Below, piece after piece: positions 40,371 through 48,087 of a DNA stretch of 64,000 nt. Source of the DNA: an uncultured Candidatus Saccharibacteria bacterium (GTDB taxonomy: Bacteria > Patescibacteriota > WWE3 > 2-01-FULL-39-13); NCBI GenBank assembly GCA_964370865.1, contig CAYJKF010000004.1, positions 22,734 to 86,733 of the forward strand, written 5' to 3'. The position numbers and the translations under genes were made by a program. Under the pieces are notes generated by a model. That model was not told where the DNA came from. It was given only the letters and a program-made list of their open reading frames with translations, and searched no databases. The number at the start of each line of letters is the position of its first letter. Position 1 is the first letter of the stretch.

Positions 40371-40676
40371 ATGATGTTTAAATACACTTTCTCCTCCACC
40401 ATCTCCCTATTTCCTGGGCCGTCTGATTGGTATTTTATTGATCTTCCAAAAGATATTTCTGATGAGATAAAAGACGTCACCTCAATGAATCGAAGAGGTT
40501 TCGGCGCTGTCAGAGTTGATGTAGAACTTGGAAAATCAAAATGGCAGACATCTATATTCCCCCACTCCAAAAACGGGGTTTATATGTTGCCTTTAAAAAG
40601 ACAGATTCGACAAGAAAATAATTTGGATTACGATGATGCGGTAGAGGTTGAACTAGTCCTCTCGGACTTCCAATAG
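40371..40676 (+). CDS. DUF1905-like small protein (start reassigned downstream of tRNA)
   Basis: Track ORF 40224..40676 overlaps tRNA-Leu. An internal ATG at 40371 gives a 101-aa protein (MMFKYTFSSTISLFPGPSDWYFIDLPKDISDEI...) resembling DUF1905 family proteins. Confidence 0.5.
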   Translation: MMFKYTFSSTISLFPGPSDWYFIDLPKDISDEIKDVTSMNRRGFGAVRVDVELGKSKWQTSIFPHSKNGVYMLPLKRQIRQENNLDYDDAVEVELVLSDFQ

Positions 40677-40705
40677 GCTTATTAATCCTCGGTTACAAAA
40701 TCTGA

Positions 40706-41104
40706 CTATTCAGTAGTTTCACCATCAAATTCCCTCTTTTCTAACTCCGCGCTTTCTTTTGTATCTTTTTCAAGCTGATCTAAGTGATGAGGTGGCGAAT
40801 AAATCGTATAAAAACGTAATTCATTGGTCTTAGAAGTATTTATAATGTTATGCTTTGCTCCCGCTGGAACGATTAAAGCATCCCCATCTTTAACCGTATA
40901 TTCAGTACTATCAATAAAACATTTGCCAGTACCTTCCTCAAATCTGAAGAATTGGTCGTTTTCTTTATGAGTTTCAACCCCAATATCTTCACCCGGTTGT
41001 AGACTCATTAGAACCAACTGCATATCTTTAGCGGTATATAGAACTTTTCGAAACTTGCTGTTGGCTAAAGTATCTTTTTCTATGCTTGTATGGAAACCTT
41101 TCAT
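40706..41104 (-). CDS. cupin domain protein
   Basis: 132 aa. Small cupin_2-like barrel with a His/Glu motif. Confidence 0.65.
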   Translation of the reverse strand: MKGFHTSIEKDTLANSKFRKVLYTAKDMQLVLMSLQPGEDIGVETHKENDQFFRFEEGTGKCFIDSTEYTVKDGDALIVPAGAKHNIINTSKTNELRFYTIYSPPHHLDQLEKDTKESAELEKREFDGETTE

Positions 41105-41170
41105 AACTCCAACTTACCCCAACCAGATTAAAAAGCAATAGAAGGCAAACCGCCTAACCAAATCTTCCGC

Positions 41171-41232
41171 CCTGGACCGTAGAAAGGGATACGACCTTTA
41201 AACGGAGCGGACCCCATTTCAGAGCGGACCTT
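41171..41232. repeat. repeat of the same family (GGGATACGACCTTTAAACGGAGCGGACCCC ... CAGAGCGGACC)
   Basis: Shares the GGGATACGACCT and CAGAGCGGACC modules with the 47962-48087 element. Lies between the cupin and MBL genes. Confidence 0.55.
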
Positions 41233-41252
41233 ATCTGATATAATCTACTAGC

Positions 41253-41921
41253 ATGAAAATTACAGCACTCGGACATTCATCTTTCAAAATCACTGGCAAA
41301 TCAGACAATGGTGAAAATATAACTGTCATTACAGATCCTTTTGATGCAAAAATGTTGGGCTTTAACTTCCCTACTTCTGAAGCAGATATCGTAAGCATTA
41401 GTCATCAACATCCTGATCATAATTGTCTAGACAAAATTAAAGCTAAAAATGAAAATCTATTTGTAGCTGATACTCCAGGAGAATTTGAGATAAATGACTT
41501 GCGAATATATGGCCACAGAAGTTTTCATGATGATAAAGAAGGAAAAGAACGCGGCTCTAATACAATCTTCACATATGACTTCAAAGAAGCAAGAATTGCA
41601 CATCTTGGCGATCTTGGTCATGAATTAAACAGTAATTTAATCGAAGAATTAGAAAATATCGAAATATTGTTTGTCCCTGTAGGTGAAGGATACACGATGA
41701 ATACTAAAGCGATTATGTCAGTAATTGATGACTTAGAACCCTTAATCGTTATCCCAATGCACTACAAAACAGATAAACACTCCGCAGATTTTAAGGACCT
41801 GCTTACTCTTGAACAATTTTATGAAAAATCAGGCTATAAAGGCGAATCTCAGGACGAGCTAGTCATCAAGGATAAGTCTGATTTACCATCAGGTCTAACC
41901 ATTATTCCTCTAAATTCTTAA
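41253..41921 (+). CDS. MBL-fold metallo-hydrolase
   Basis: HQHPDHN (HxHxDH) motif, 222 aa. Confidence 0.75.
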   Translation: MKITALGHSSFKITGKSDNGENITVITDPFDAKMLGFNFPTSEADIVSISHQHPDHNCLDKIKAKNENLFVADTPGEFEINDLRIYGHRSFHDDKEGKERGSNTIFTYDFKEARIAHLGDLGHELNSNLIEELENIEILFVPVGEGYTMNTKAIMSVIDDLEPLIVIPMHYKTDKHSADFKDLLTLEQFYEKSGYKGESQDELVIKDKSDLPSGLTIIPLNS

Positions 41922-41942
41922 TAGACCTGCTAAATACACAAT

Positions 41943-43328
41943 ATGGCAGACAAAAATACACTAATTGAAAAATCAACAGAGTTCATCAAAGCCGCTACCG
42001 CGGGAGTTAAATTAGAGAGCGGAGAAGAATATTACAAACACTGTGTTCGGGTTAAGGAAATTCTTGAGGGCGCTGGAATTGACGATGAGAATGTTTTATG
42101 TGCCTCCATATTACATGGAGTATTAAAATACCAAACTACTACCAGGGAGGAAATAGCAAAAGAATTTAACGAAGACATCGCCTTTTTAGTTGAGAAATTC
42201 GATGAAATCGCAAAGTTGAATATTCCAGCAGAAATAAATAATCCAGAAGTTATCCACAAATTATTTATACAACTAGCCTCTGATATACGCGTATTACTAA
42301 TTAGATTAGCAGACCGTTTGGATAATATTAGAAACTGTTCGTTTTTTAGTGCTGAAAAACAAGAAGACATCGCTAATAAAGCGATTGGAATTTACGCCCC
42401 TATCTCGAACGCTGTTGGAATATATTTGTTTGTAAGGGAATTTCAAAAACTTGCACTTCGTATCTTAGAACCAGAAGCCTGCAAAAAAATCGAGAAATTC
42501 GTCATAAAAAAGAGGAAAGATCTTGAAACTCCACTTCGCAAGATGCAAGTTGATATACAGGAATTTGTAAATAAAGAAGAAATCGAGGCCCAAACTACGT
42601 ATAGAAATAAAAGTGTCTATTCAATCTATGCAAAAGTAAAAAGAAAATTTGGAGATGATTTTAGTGAACAATCTATTAGTCATCTTGGTGATTTTGTCGG
42701 CATTCGGGTGTTGGTACCTACAGTAGACAATTGTTATCAAATACTCGCCCATCTTCAAAATAAGTGGGAAATGATTAATGAAGAATATGACGATTATATA
42801 ACTAATCCAAAACCAAACGGCTATCAGACTCTACAAACCTCTTTTAAACTAGACGATCATGTTAAATGCGAGGTGCAAATTCGTACATATGAGATGCACG
42901 AAGAAAACGAGTATGGCCCAGCATCTCACTTCAAATATAAGTATGGAGGAAGCAAGAAAAGCGACGCGAAGTGGATAAAAAGTCTAATAGAGATGAAAGA
43001 ATCAATAACAAGCAACCTTGTCTCTGAAAATACCAAAATCGGATTATTTGAAAATACAATCTTTGTTTTTACTCCAAAGAATAAACTTGTAACGCTACCA
43101 AAAGGCTCTACCCCAATCGACTTTGCCTATAGTGTGCACTCGGATATTGGAGATCATTGTTCAGGAGCAAAAATAAACGATCGAATCGCAAAACTAGACA
43201 GTCAATTAAAAAGTGGCGATGTTATTGAGATATTAATAAGTAAAAATCATAAACCATCAAAAGACTGGCTACATTTTGTTAAAACTCGTGAGGCAAGAAA
43301 ACATATCGCAAGTGTGACTAGCAAATAA
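41943..43328 (+). CDS. small bifunctional RelA/SpoT-family (p)ppGpp synthetase/hydrolase
   Basis: HD domain, synthetase motif EVQIRTYEMHE and a TGS domain. No ACT domain. 461 aa. Confidence 0.85.
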   Translation: MADKNTLIEKSTEFIKAATAGVKLESGEEYYKHCVRVKEILEGAGIDDENVLCASILHGVLKYQTTTREEIAKEFNEDIAFLVEKFDEIAKLNIPAEINNPEVIHKLFIQLASDIRVLLIRLADRLDNIRNCSFFSAEKQEDIANKAIGIYAPISNAVGIYLFVREFQKLALRILEPEACKKIEKFVIKKRKDLETPLRKMQVDIQEFVNKEEIEAQTTYRNKSVYSIYAKVKRKFGDDFSEQSISHLGDFVGIRVLVPTVDNCYQILAHLQNKWEMINEEYDDYITNPKPNGYQTLQTSFKLDDHVKCEVQIRTYEMHEENEYGPASHFKYKYGGSKKSDAKWIKSLIEMKESITSNLVSENTKIGLFENTIFVFTPKNKLVTLPKGSTPIDFAYSVHSDIGDHCSGAKINDRIAKLDSQLKSGDVIEILISKNHKPSKDWLHFVKTREARKHIASVTSK

Positions 43329-43404
43329 TATTATTTAATTATATTTTTCGACAGTTGTATCTCGATGAATAATATCTTAAAATTTAGCTCGCATGAAAAT
43401 GCAC

Positions 43405-43479
43405 GAAGCGGAAGCTCAGAATCGGCAGAGCGCTAGGCTAAAAACCTAGAGGTCATGGGTTCAAATCCCATCCGCTTCA
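43405..43479 (+). tRNA. tRNA-like gene with atypical anticodon loop CUAAAAA (apparent anticodon AAA); possible pseudo-tRNA
   Basis: Complete cloverleaf. Acceptor GAAGCGG/CCGCTTC, D-arm GCTC..GAGC, anticodon stem CTAGG/CCTAG, T-arm ATGGG-TTCAAAT-CCCAT. Positions 8-9 are AA and the anticodon AAA is essentially unknown in bacteria. Confidence 0.5.
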
Positions 43480-43767
43480 CATCTGGGGGGAGAAGAAAAA
43501 GAATGCGATTAGCAAAAGAGATTCTCATTGCGAGAAGCTCATTGATAGCTAATCAAACTCTTTTTCACTTTACTCCCCCCAGACCAATACCCTTTTTAAA
43601 AATCCTTAAAATTATATTTGGTAATATTTTGTGAAGATAAAAAATGTCCAATAGTGATAAGCGTTGTAATAAGAGTCGAATTGACTCAAATACGTAGCTT
43701 ATCACTAGCAAGGACTTGGTTTTACCCAAGTGCTGGACATAGAATCCTTGCCTTTTTGCCGTTTCCT

Positions 43768-44007
43768 CTAGCAACGTGGTCTTCGAGAGAACTTCATAGT
43801 CTGCCCTTTTGGAGGGTTACCAACAACCTTCATGAGTTTGACCGTTGGATCTGTGACATTCGAGTCTACTGTGACCGCCCCTACCCAATCTAGTATGTAC
43901 TTACCTAACTTTCTATCAAATCTCTCAAAGTATACGTCGTATACCCAAGAGTCTCCACCTATACTTCCGAAGGACTTTGCCCTACTTAAACCGCTTTGCG
44001 CTCCCAT
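43768..44007 (-). CDS. small hypothetical protein (79 aa) with strong Shine-Dalgarno
   Basis: AAAGGAGAG lies 5 nt upstream of the ATG at 44007. It is an internal start within track ORF 43768..44106. Confidence 0.35.
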   Translation of the reverse strand: MGAQSGLSRAKSFGSIGGDSWVYDVYFERFDRKLGKYILDWVGAVTVDSNVTDPTVKLMKVVGNPPKGQTMKFSRRPRC

Positions 44008-44201
44008 ATTACTCTCCTTTTCTACTACAAGAAAAAGTCGCCAGATTGGCAACATAATTTTAACCCATAGCAAATTGTGATGCAATTGCAATAGAGATAG
44101 GTACATAGGATATTTAAATAAAGAAGAATATTTCCGCTAATTATTTTTAACCTATAGTAGATTGCGCGAGGAGTTTTAATATGTTATAGTGTTGCGCATA
44201 T

Positions 44202-44274
44202 GTGGTGGTAGCTCAGTAGTAGAGCAACGGATTCTGCAATCCGTAGGTCGATGGTTCAAATCCATCCCACCACG
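44202..44274 (+). tRNA. tRNA with expanded anticodon arm (candidate Cys-GCA-like or Gln-CUG); non-canonical
   Basis: Acceptor GTGGTGG/CCACCAC, D-arm GCTC-AGTAGTA-GAGC, T-arm GATGG-TTCAAAT-CCATC. The anticodon region ACGGATTCTGCAATCCGT is an 18-nt palindrome, one nt longer than canonical, giving an 8-nt loop UUCUGCAA with a 5-bp stem. Confidence 0.55.
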
Positions 44275-44424
44275 CCTTACCGGGGAAGCGTACTAGGGGC
44301 CTTTTTATAGGCATTTTGCAATCTTTTTGATTGCTCAACCCTTTTACACTTCCCCGTTTTTCTTCTCTGCGTATCAGATGGTAGTATTTCCTTCAATCGA
44401 TATATTTTAGTAGAATATAGTCAT

Positions 44425-44526
44425 GCTAGAGAGGTCAGGGTGAAAGACGCGGGAGAAACCTGCGATGGGGGCCATTTAAAGGTCTTTTCCCATATTTCTT
44501 TCATTTTACCCCCCTATATCTCTCTA
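44425..44526. ncRNA. structured element A (candidate ncRNA), closed by GCTAGAGAGG / CCTATATCTCTCTAGC stem
   Basis: Paralogous to element B. Shares the internal GGGAGAAACCTGCG..GGGGGCC core. Strand unknown. Confidence 0.35.
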
Positions 44527-44661
44527 GCAGTTTCTTACAATCGCAGCACAAATTTAATTTTCAAAAGTAAAAACCTTCTATGCTTCCAATATTCTTTATC
44601 CTGTAGCACTCCTCCGCCCCATAGTATTCACAACAATAAATTAATATAGTACACTATTCCC

Positions 44662-44754
44662 GCTAAGAGATAAGTGTAGGAAAGGCCAGGGAAAACCTGC
44701 GTCGGGGGGCCAGGCCTACCCAACCTTTTTTACATGTACCCCTTATCTCTTAGC
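44662..44754. ncRNA. structured element B (candidate ncRNA), closed by 13-bp stem GCTAAGAGATAAG / CTTATCTCTTAGC
   Basis: The closing stem differs from element A by compensatory changes. Internal core GGGAAAACCTGCGTCGGGGGGCC. Confidence 0.35.
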
Positions 44755-44846
44755 AGTTCTCTATCTACACTTGCCACGCTAACTCAATTTCCTCTATATT
44801 GCCTTCTTCTTCAAATTAAAACTGAAAAGATACTTCGAGGATAATG

Positions 44847-44922
44847 TGGTGGACCTGAGCGGAATCGAACCGCTTACCTTTGCAATGCGAATGCAACGCT
44901 CTACCAAATGAGCTACAGGCCC
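44847..44922 (-). tRNA. tRNA-Ala (anticodon CGC), CCA encoded
   Basis: Reverse strand GGGCCTG TA GCTC-ATTTGGTA-GAGC G TTGCA-TTCGCAT-TGCAA AGGTA AGCGG-TTCGATT-CCGCT CAGGTCC A CCA. The G3:U70 alanine identity pair is present. Confidence 0.85.
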
Positions 44923-44978
44923 TTAAAATATATTATATCTTGTAATAAGGTCAAAATGTTTCTTTTTATTTGATTATT

Positions 44979-45677
44979 TTATTCTTCTTCACCAACGCAT
45001 GCGACATTTAATGACCTAAAAAGATCCGCAATAGTTTTTTCTTTTAGAGTAAGCTGGCCAAGAGAGTGAGCTCCAGCAACAACTTCTATCATTCGCTTTA
45101 TCCAAATTATCTGCTCAACGCTTTCGAACTGAGCAATAAACTGACTACCTTGAGAACTAATTGCTTTATTCACGCGATTTAGATAATCAACTTCGCTAGA
45201 AAGTACACCAGACGAAGTGCTATCGGTTGATCGATAAATTTTGAAGTCGCGACGCTCAAGACTTAAGCTAGAATGCCAAGAAACCTGCAACCCATTCGGA
45301 TTCTCAGGGCTCTTTATAAGATTAATTTCAAATGCTCCATTATATCCTTTTGATTTATACAACTCGAAAACAGGATTTGTAGGAGATTTGTTGTATAGCG
45401 CATGAGTCCCAAAATAGAAAGTTAAACCATCTTTCCAAAAATGAGTGGGAATTGATGAATCCATAACAAAGGAAAATAGACCATTCAACTCTGGATGTGG
45501 AACTAGCAAGTCTTCTTCATCAAATTGTGGTGACGATCGTTTTTGATCAAGTGGTTCGATAGAAGTACTTCCTAGAGTTAGAGTAGCTGAAACTTGGTCA
45601 GCTGATTCGGTAAAATCAGTTGATTGGTCTGGTATATTATTTATTCCATTTTCCATATACCCTATTAACGTATGCAC
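44979..45677 (-). CDS. hypothetical protein
   Basis: 232-aa ORF with no motif. Confidence 0.45.
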   Translation of the reverse strand: MHTLIGYMENGINNIPDQSTDFTESADQVSATLTLGSTSIEPLDQKRSSPQFDEEDLLVPHPELNGLFSFVMDSSIPTHFWKDGLTFYFGTHALYNKSPTNPVFELYKSKGYNGAFEINLIKSPENPNGLQVSWHSSLSLERRDFKIYRSTDSTSSGVLSSEVDYLNRVNKAISSQGSQFIAQFESVEQIIWIKRMIEVVAGAHSLGQLTLKEKTIADLFRSLNVACVGEEE

Positions 45678-45734
45678 ATTGAATTTTATTACAGCAAGTT
45701 TTCATCACAGGTTAGAATCATTGAACCGTATATG

Positions 45735-46763
45735 TTATTTAGCTAGTTCAGATTTGAGGCGATCGACGTAGTCATTTGAGGATGGATTAACCCCATGCAT
45801 TTTTGCCAAATGGTAACTGACAAAACAGCCAATAATAATAAGCTCCCAAATCTCGTTAAATTTAGTTTTTGCACCTAAAGAAATTGAAATATCAGGATAA
45901 TTTTGCTCTTTGGTGACTTGCCTCGTGATTTCCATTCTTTTAGTGTTTTGGGTGTTATAAAGCTTAGATTTTACATAAACAAAGAGCATTTCATCTCTAA
46001 CTCCTTTTGGAAATAATAATCCATCTAAGAAATGATGATTAAGTTCTGGGATTTCCATTTGGAATGAGCGATGTTTGGCAGTTTCATTCATAAAATTACG
46101 CCAAATCCATGAGGCGGCATTTAAATGTTGAGATGTTATAAATACAGGAATCTTATCAAGCATACTTTGAGCCAATTGAATGGACATTTTATCGTTTTTG
46201 TCCAAGACATTGATAAACGACTGAATGTACTCCATCGTAAAGTCAAAATCTTTCTCGTCGTATCTGACTAAACCTAATGACGAAAGCAAACCCAACGTCG
46301 ATCCTAAAATGTACCCAAGCGAGGTTCGTGGTGCTTTTGAGGGATTAAATTTTGTATCAAAAACATAGCCAGAAACGTTATGAGACTCAATTGCTGTTTT
46401 TAATTTGCCTCCTGATGTAATAATGAGCATTTTACAGCCCCTAGATTTAGCCTGTTTTAACACCGAAATCACTTCTTCTGTGGTTCCAGAATAGCTCGTG
46501 AGTAAAACTAGTGTATCTTCATCACAATACGAAGGTAAATCGTACCCATTAACAATTTCAATTGGACAAATTATGGAATCAGATTCAAAAGCCGACTTGA
46601 TAATTCGAGCGCCAAAATTAGAACCACCCATTCCTGCGACTACAATTTCCCTAACCGGACTTAGTTCTTCTGGAAGATTTATTTTTCGAGTATCCTTCCA
46701 AGCTGTAGAAAACTGCTTAGGATAGGCTTTTATGGAATTGAGATATTCTTCATGAAAAGGCAT
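45735..46763 (-). CDS. bifunctional phosphoglucose/phosphomannose isomerase (SIS domain)
   Basis: SIS motif VVAGMGGSNFGARII, two SIS halves, 342 aa. Confidence 0.8.
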   Translation of the reverse strand: MPFHEEYLNSIKAYPKQFSTAWKDTRKINLPEELSPVREIVVAGMGGSNFGARIIKSAFESDSIICPIEIVNGYDLPSYCDEDTLVLLTSYSGTTEEVISVLKQAKSRGCKMLIITSGGKLKTAIESHNVSGYVFDTKFNPSKAPRTSLGYILGSTLGLLSSLGLVRYDEKDFDFTMEYIQSFINVLDKNDKMSIQLAQSMLDKIPVFITSQHLNAASWIWRNFMNETAKHRSFQMEIPELNHHFLDGLLFPKGVRDEMLFVYVKSKLYNTQNTKRMEITRQVTKEQNYPDISISLGAKTKFNEIWELIIIGCFVSYHLAKMHGVNPSSNDYVDRLKSELAK

Positions 46764-46783
46764 TGAATTTATTCTACCAGATG

Positions 46784-46846
46784 GGGTCCGCTCTTGTCTT
46801 AGGTCCGACCTTTAAATGGGGTCCGCACCGCTTAAAGGTCGGACCC
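46784..46846. repeat. palindromic repeat of the GGTCCGACCTTTAA family (14-bp stem GGTCCGACCTTTAA / TTAAAGGTCGGACC)
   Basis: Perfect 14-bp inverted repeat with a 16-nt loop that itself contains GGGGTCCGC. Lies between the PGI/PMI gene and rnpB. Confidence 0.6.
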
Positions 46847-46857
46847 TATTTCAATAA

Positions 46858-47236
46858 GGTGCAGGATTCGTAAGCCAGATTCTGTTTGGTCACTAGCAAA
46901 AGCTAATGACGACTACATAATCTATCTAAGCTCCATCTTCTATCGCAAATCGGCAAGCTACCTAATGGCGATAAGTCGTGGATTGCAACAGGAAGGATTG
47001 ATCGTTCCACCCGATTTCATGCCTTGCGGTTTAGAAATCGATCGTCTCTATATCTCTCCAAATGGGTTGATCCCCACTTGGTGTAGTTAGGTTTCCCTTT
47101 CTACCACTGTATCCGTCCGCGGTAAGGCGGACAAACCGACATGCCTTCGCATGCCTACCCTGCTTTATGTTGTCTGGACTTTCCTCTTCCTCACAAAAGT
47201 GAAGAAGCTATGTAGCGATCCTGCGCCTATATTATA
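46858..47236 (-). ncRNA. rnpB: RNase P RNA (bacterial type A)
   Basis: Reverse strand contains the P4 5' strand GAGGAAAGUCCAGAC and the conserved ACAGAAUCUGGCUUACG near the 3' end. P1 pairing GCAGGAU...AUCCUGC defines the ends. No ORF falls in this 380-nt interval. Confidence 0.8.
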
Positions 47237-47241
47237 ACAAT

Positions 47242-47763
47242 TTAAGCCAACTTCTTATATATAGGACAATTCTTATCGTGAGCTCCAGGTAGGAGTCCAA
47301 CCGACATCAAAAACTCATTAACAATCTCTCCACCTACAAATTTGAAGTTTTGTTTGAATAATTTGACCCATTCTTCTAAAGTGAGTCCACTTTTTTGCTC
47401 AAGCCATTTCTCAAAAGAACCAAATTCCGATTGAATCTCAACAATCCGATTTGCATTTGTAATTGCTGCATTTATTTTTAAACGATTTCGAATAATTCCA
47501 GAATCTTCCAATAAACGTTTGATATCAGATTCACCGTATACCGACACCTTCCTAACATCAAACTGCTCATATGCTTTACGAAAATTTTCCTGCTTCATTA
47601 GGATAGTGTTCCAACTTAGCCCTGCCTGGTTAATCTCCAGGATTAGCCGTCCAAATAGCTCATTGTCATTATGAAGGGGAAAACCATATTGAGTATCGTG
47701 GTATTTTCGGTGCAAATCATCGGAAGGTAAATCAGCAACGTACTCACAATAAGTCATACGCAC
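47242..47763 (-). CDS. tag: DNA-3-methyladenine glycosylase I
   Basis: YHDTQYGFP and EINQAGLSWNTIL motifs. 173 aa. Probably a GTG start, or an ATG 2 codons in. Confidence 0.85.
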   Translation of the reverse strand: MRMTYCEYVADLPSDDLHRKYHDTQYGFPLHNDNELFGRLILEINQAGLSWNTILMKQENFRKAYEQFDVRKVSVYGESDIKRLLEDSGIIRNRLKINAAITNANRIVEIQSEFGSFEKWLEQKSGLTLEEWVKLFKQNFKFVGGEIVNEFLMSVGLLPGAHDKNCPIYKKLA

Positions 47764-47793
47764 ATCTTAACAAATTATGAAGGAGGTCAAACT

Positions 47794-47881
47794 TGGCGGA
47801 GGGGGTGGGATTTGAACCCACGGTCCCTTTCGGAACACCTGTTTTCAAGACAGGCGCACTAGACCACTATGCGACCCCTCC
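47794..47881 (-). tRNA. tRNA-Ser (anticodon TGA), type II, CCA encoded
   Basis: Reverse strand GGAGGGG..CCTGT-CUUGAAA-ACAGG, long variable arm, GTGGG-TTCAAAT-CCCAC..CCCCTCC G CCA. Confidence 0.85.
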
Positions 47882-47961
47882 ATTTTTGCTAAGCAACTGG
47901 TATATTTTATCGAGAAAAAGGCTACAGTGATAGTCCCACGTCTGATATACTTTTTTTATTC

Positions 47962-48087
47962 AAATCGGGTCCGACCTTTAATCAGAGAGGAACTCAAGCA
48001 CAAATTATTTATCAACAATTCGAAACGCCTGTAGCATCGCGTTATACCGATTAGGGATACGACCTGAATTCAGAGCGGACCCGATTT
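47962..48087. repeat. 126-bp MITE-like element with 12-bp terminal inverted repeats AAATCGGGTCCG / CGGACCCGATTT
   Basis: The termini are exact reverse complements. Internal modules GACCTTTAATCAGAG and GGGATACGACCT..CAGAGCGGACC recur at 41171-41232. The right TIR overlaps the stop codon of 48086..50593. Confidence 0.6.

Noticed and set aside
40127-40570. 147-aa minus ORF and the N-terminal part of the 150-aa plus ORF overlapping tRNA-Leu(CAA)
   Set aside because: Both read through a well-formed tRNA gene. Only the post-tRNA segment (40371..40676) is retained as coding.
42032-42370. Antisense ORF within the Rel gene
   Set aside because: Shadow ORF.
43405-43583. Possibility that the tRNA-like gene plus the downstream hairpin is a tmRNA
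   Set aside because: No GGGGCUG-type 5' acceptor with alanine identity and no tag-peptide reading frame ending in ...ALAA. The element also has a full anticodon arm, unlike a tmRNA tRNA-like domain.
43565-44649. ORFs 43565..43774, 43618..43893, 43832..44080 and 44440..44649 in the tRNA-rich block
   Set aside because: They overlap one another, with no RBS and low-complexity translations. They overlap structured RNA-like elements. Only the SD-led 43768..44007 segment was kept, at low confidence.
44411-44790. Elements A/B as retron msr-msd (flanking a1/a2 inverted repeats)
   Set aside because: No reverse transcriptase gene is adjacent. The nearest ORFs are hypothetical and short.
46498-46725. 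Plus ORF inside the PGI/PMI gene
   Set aside because: Embedded antisense ORF.
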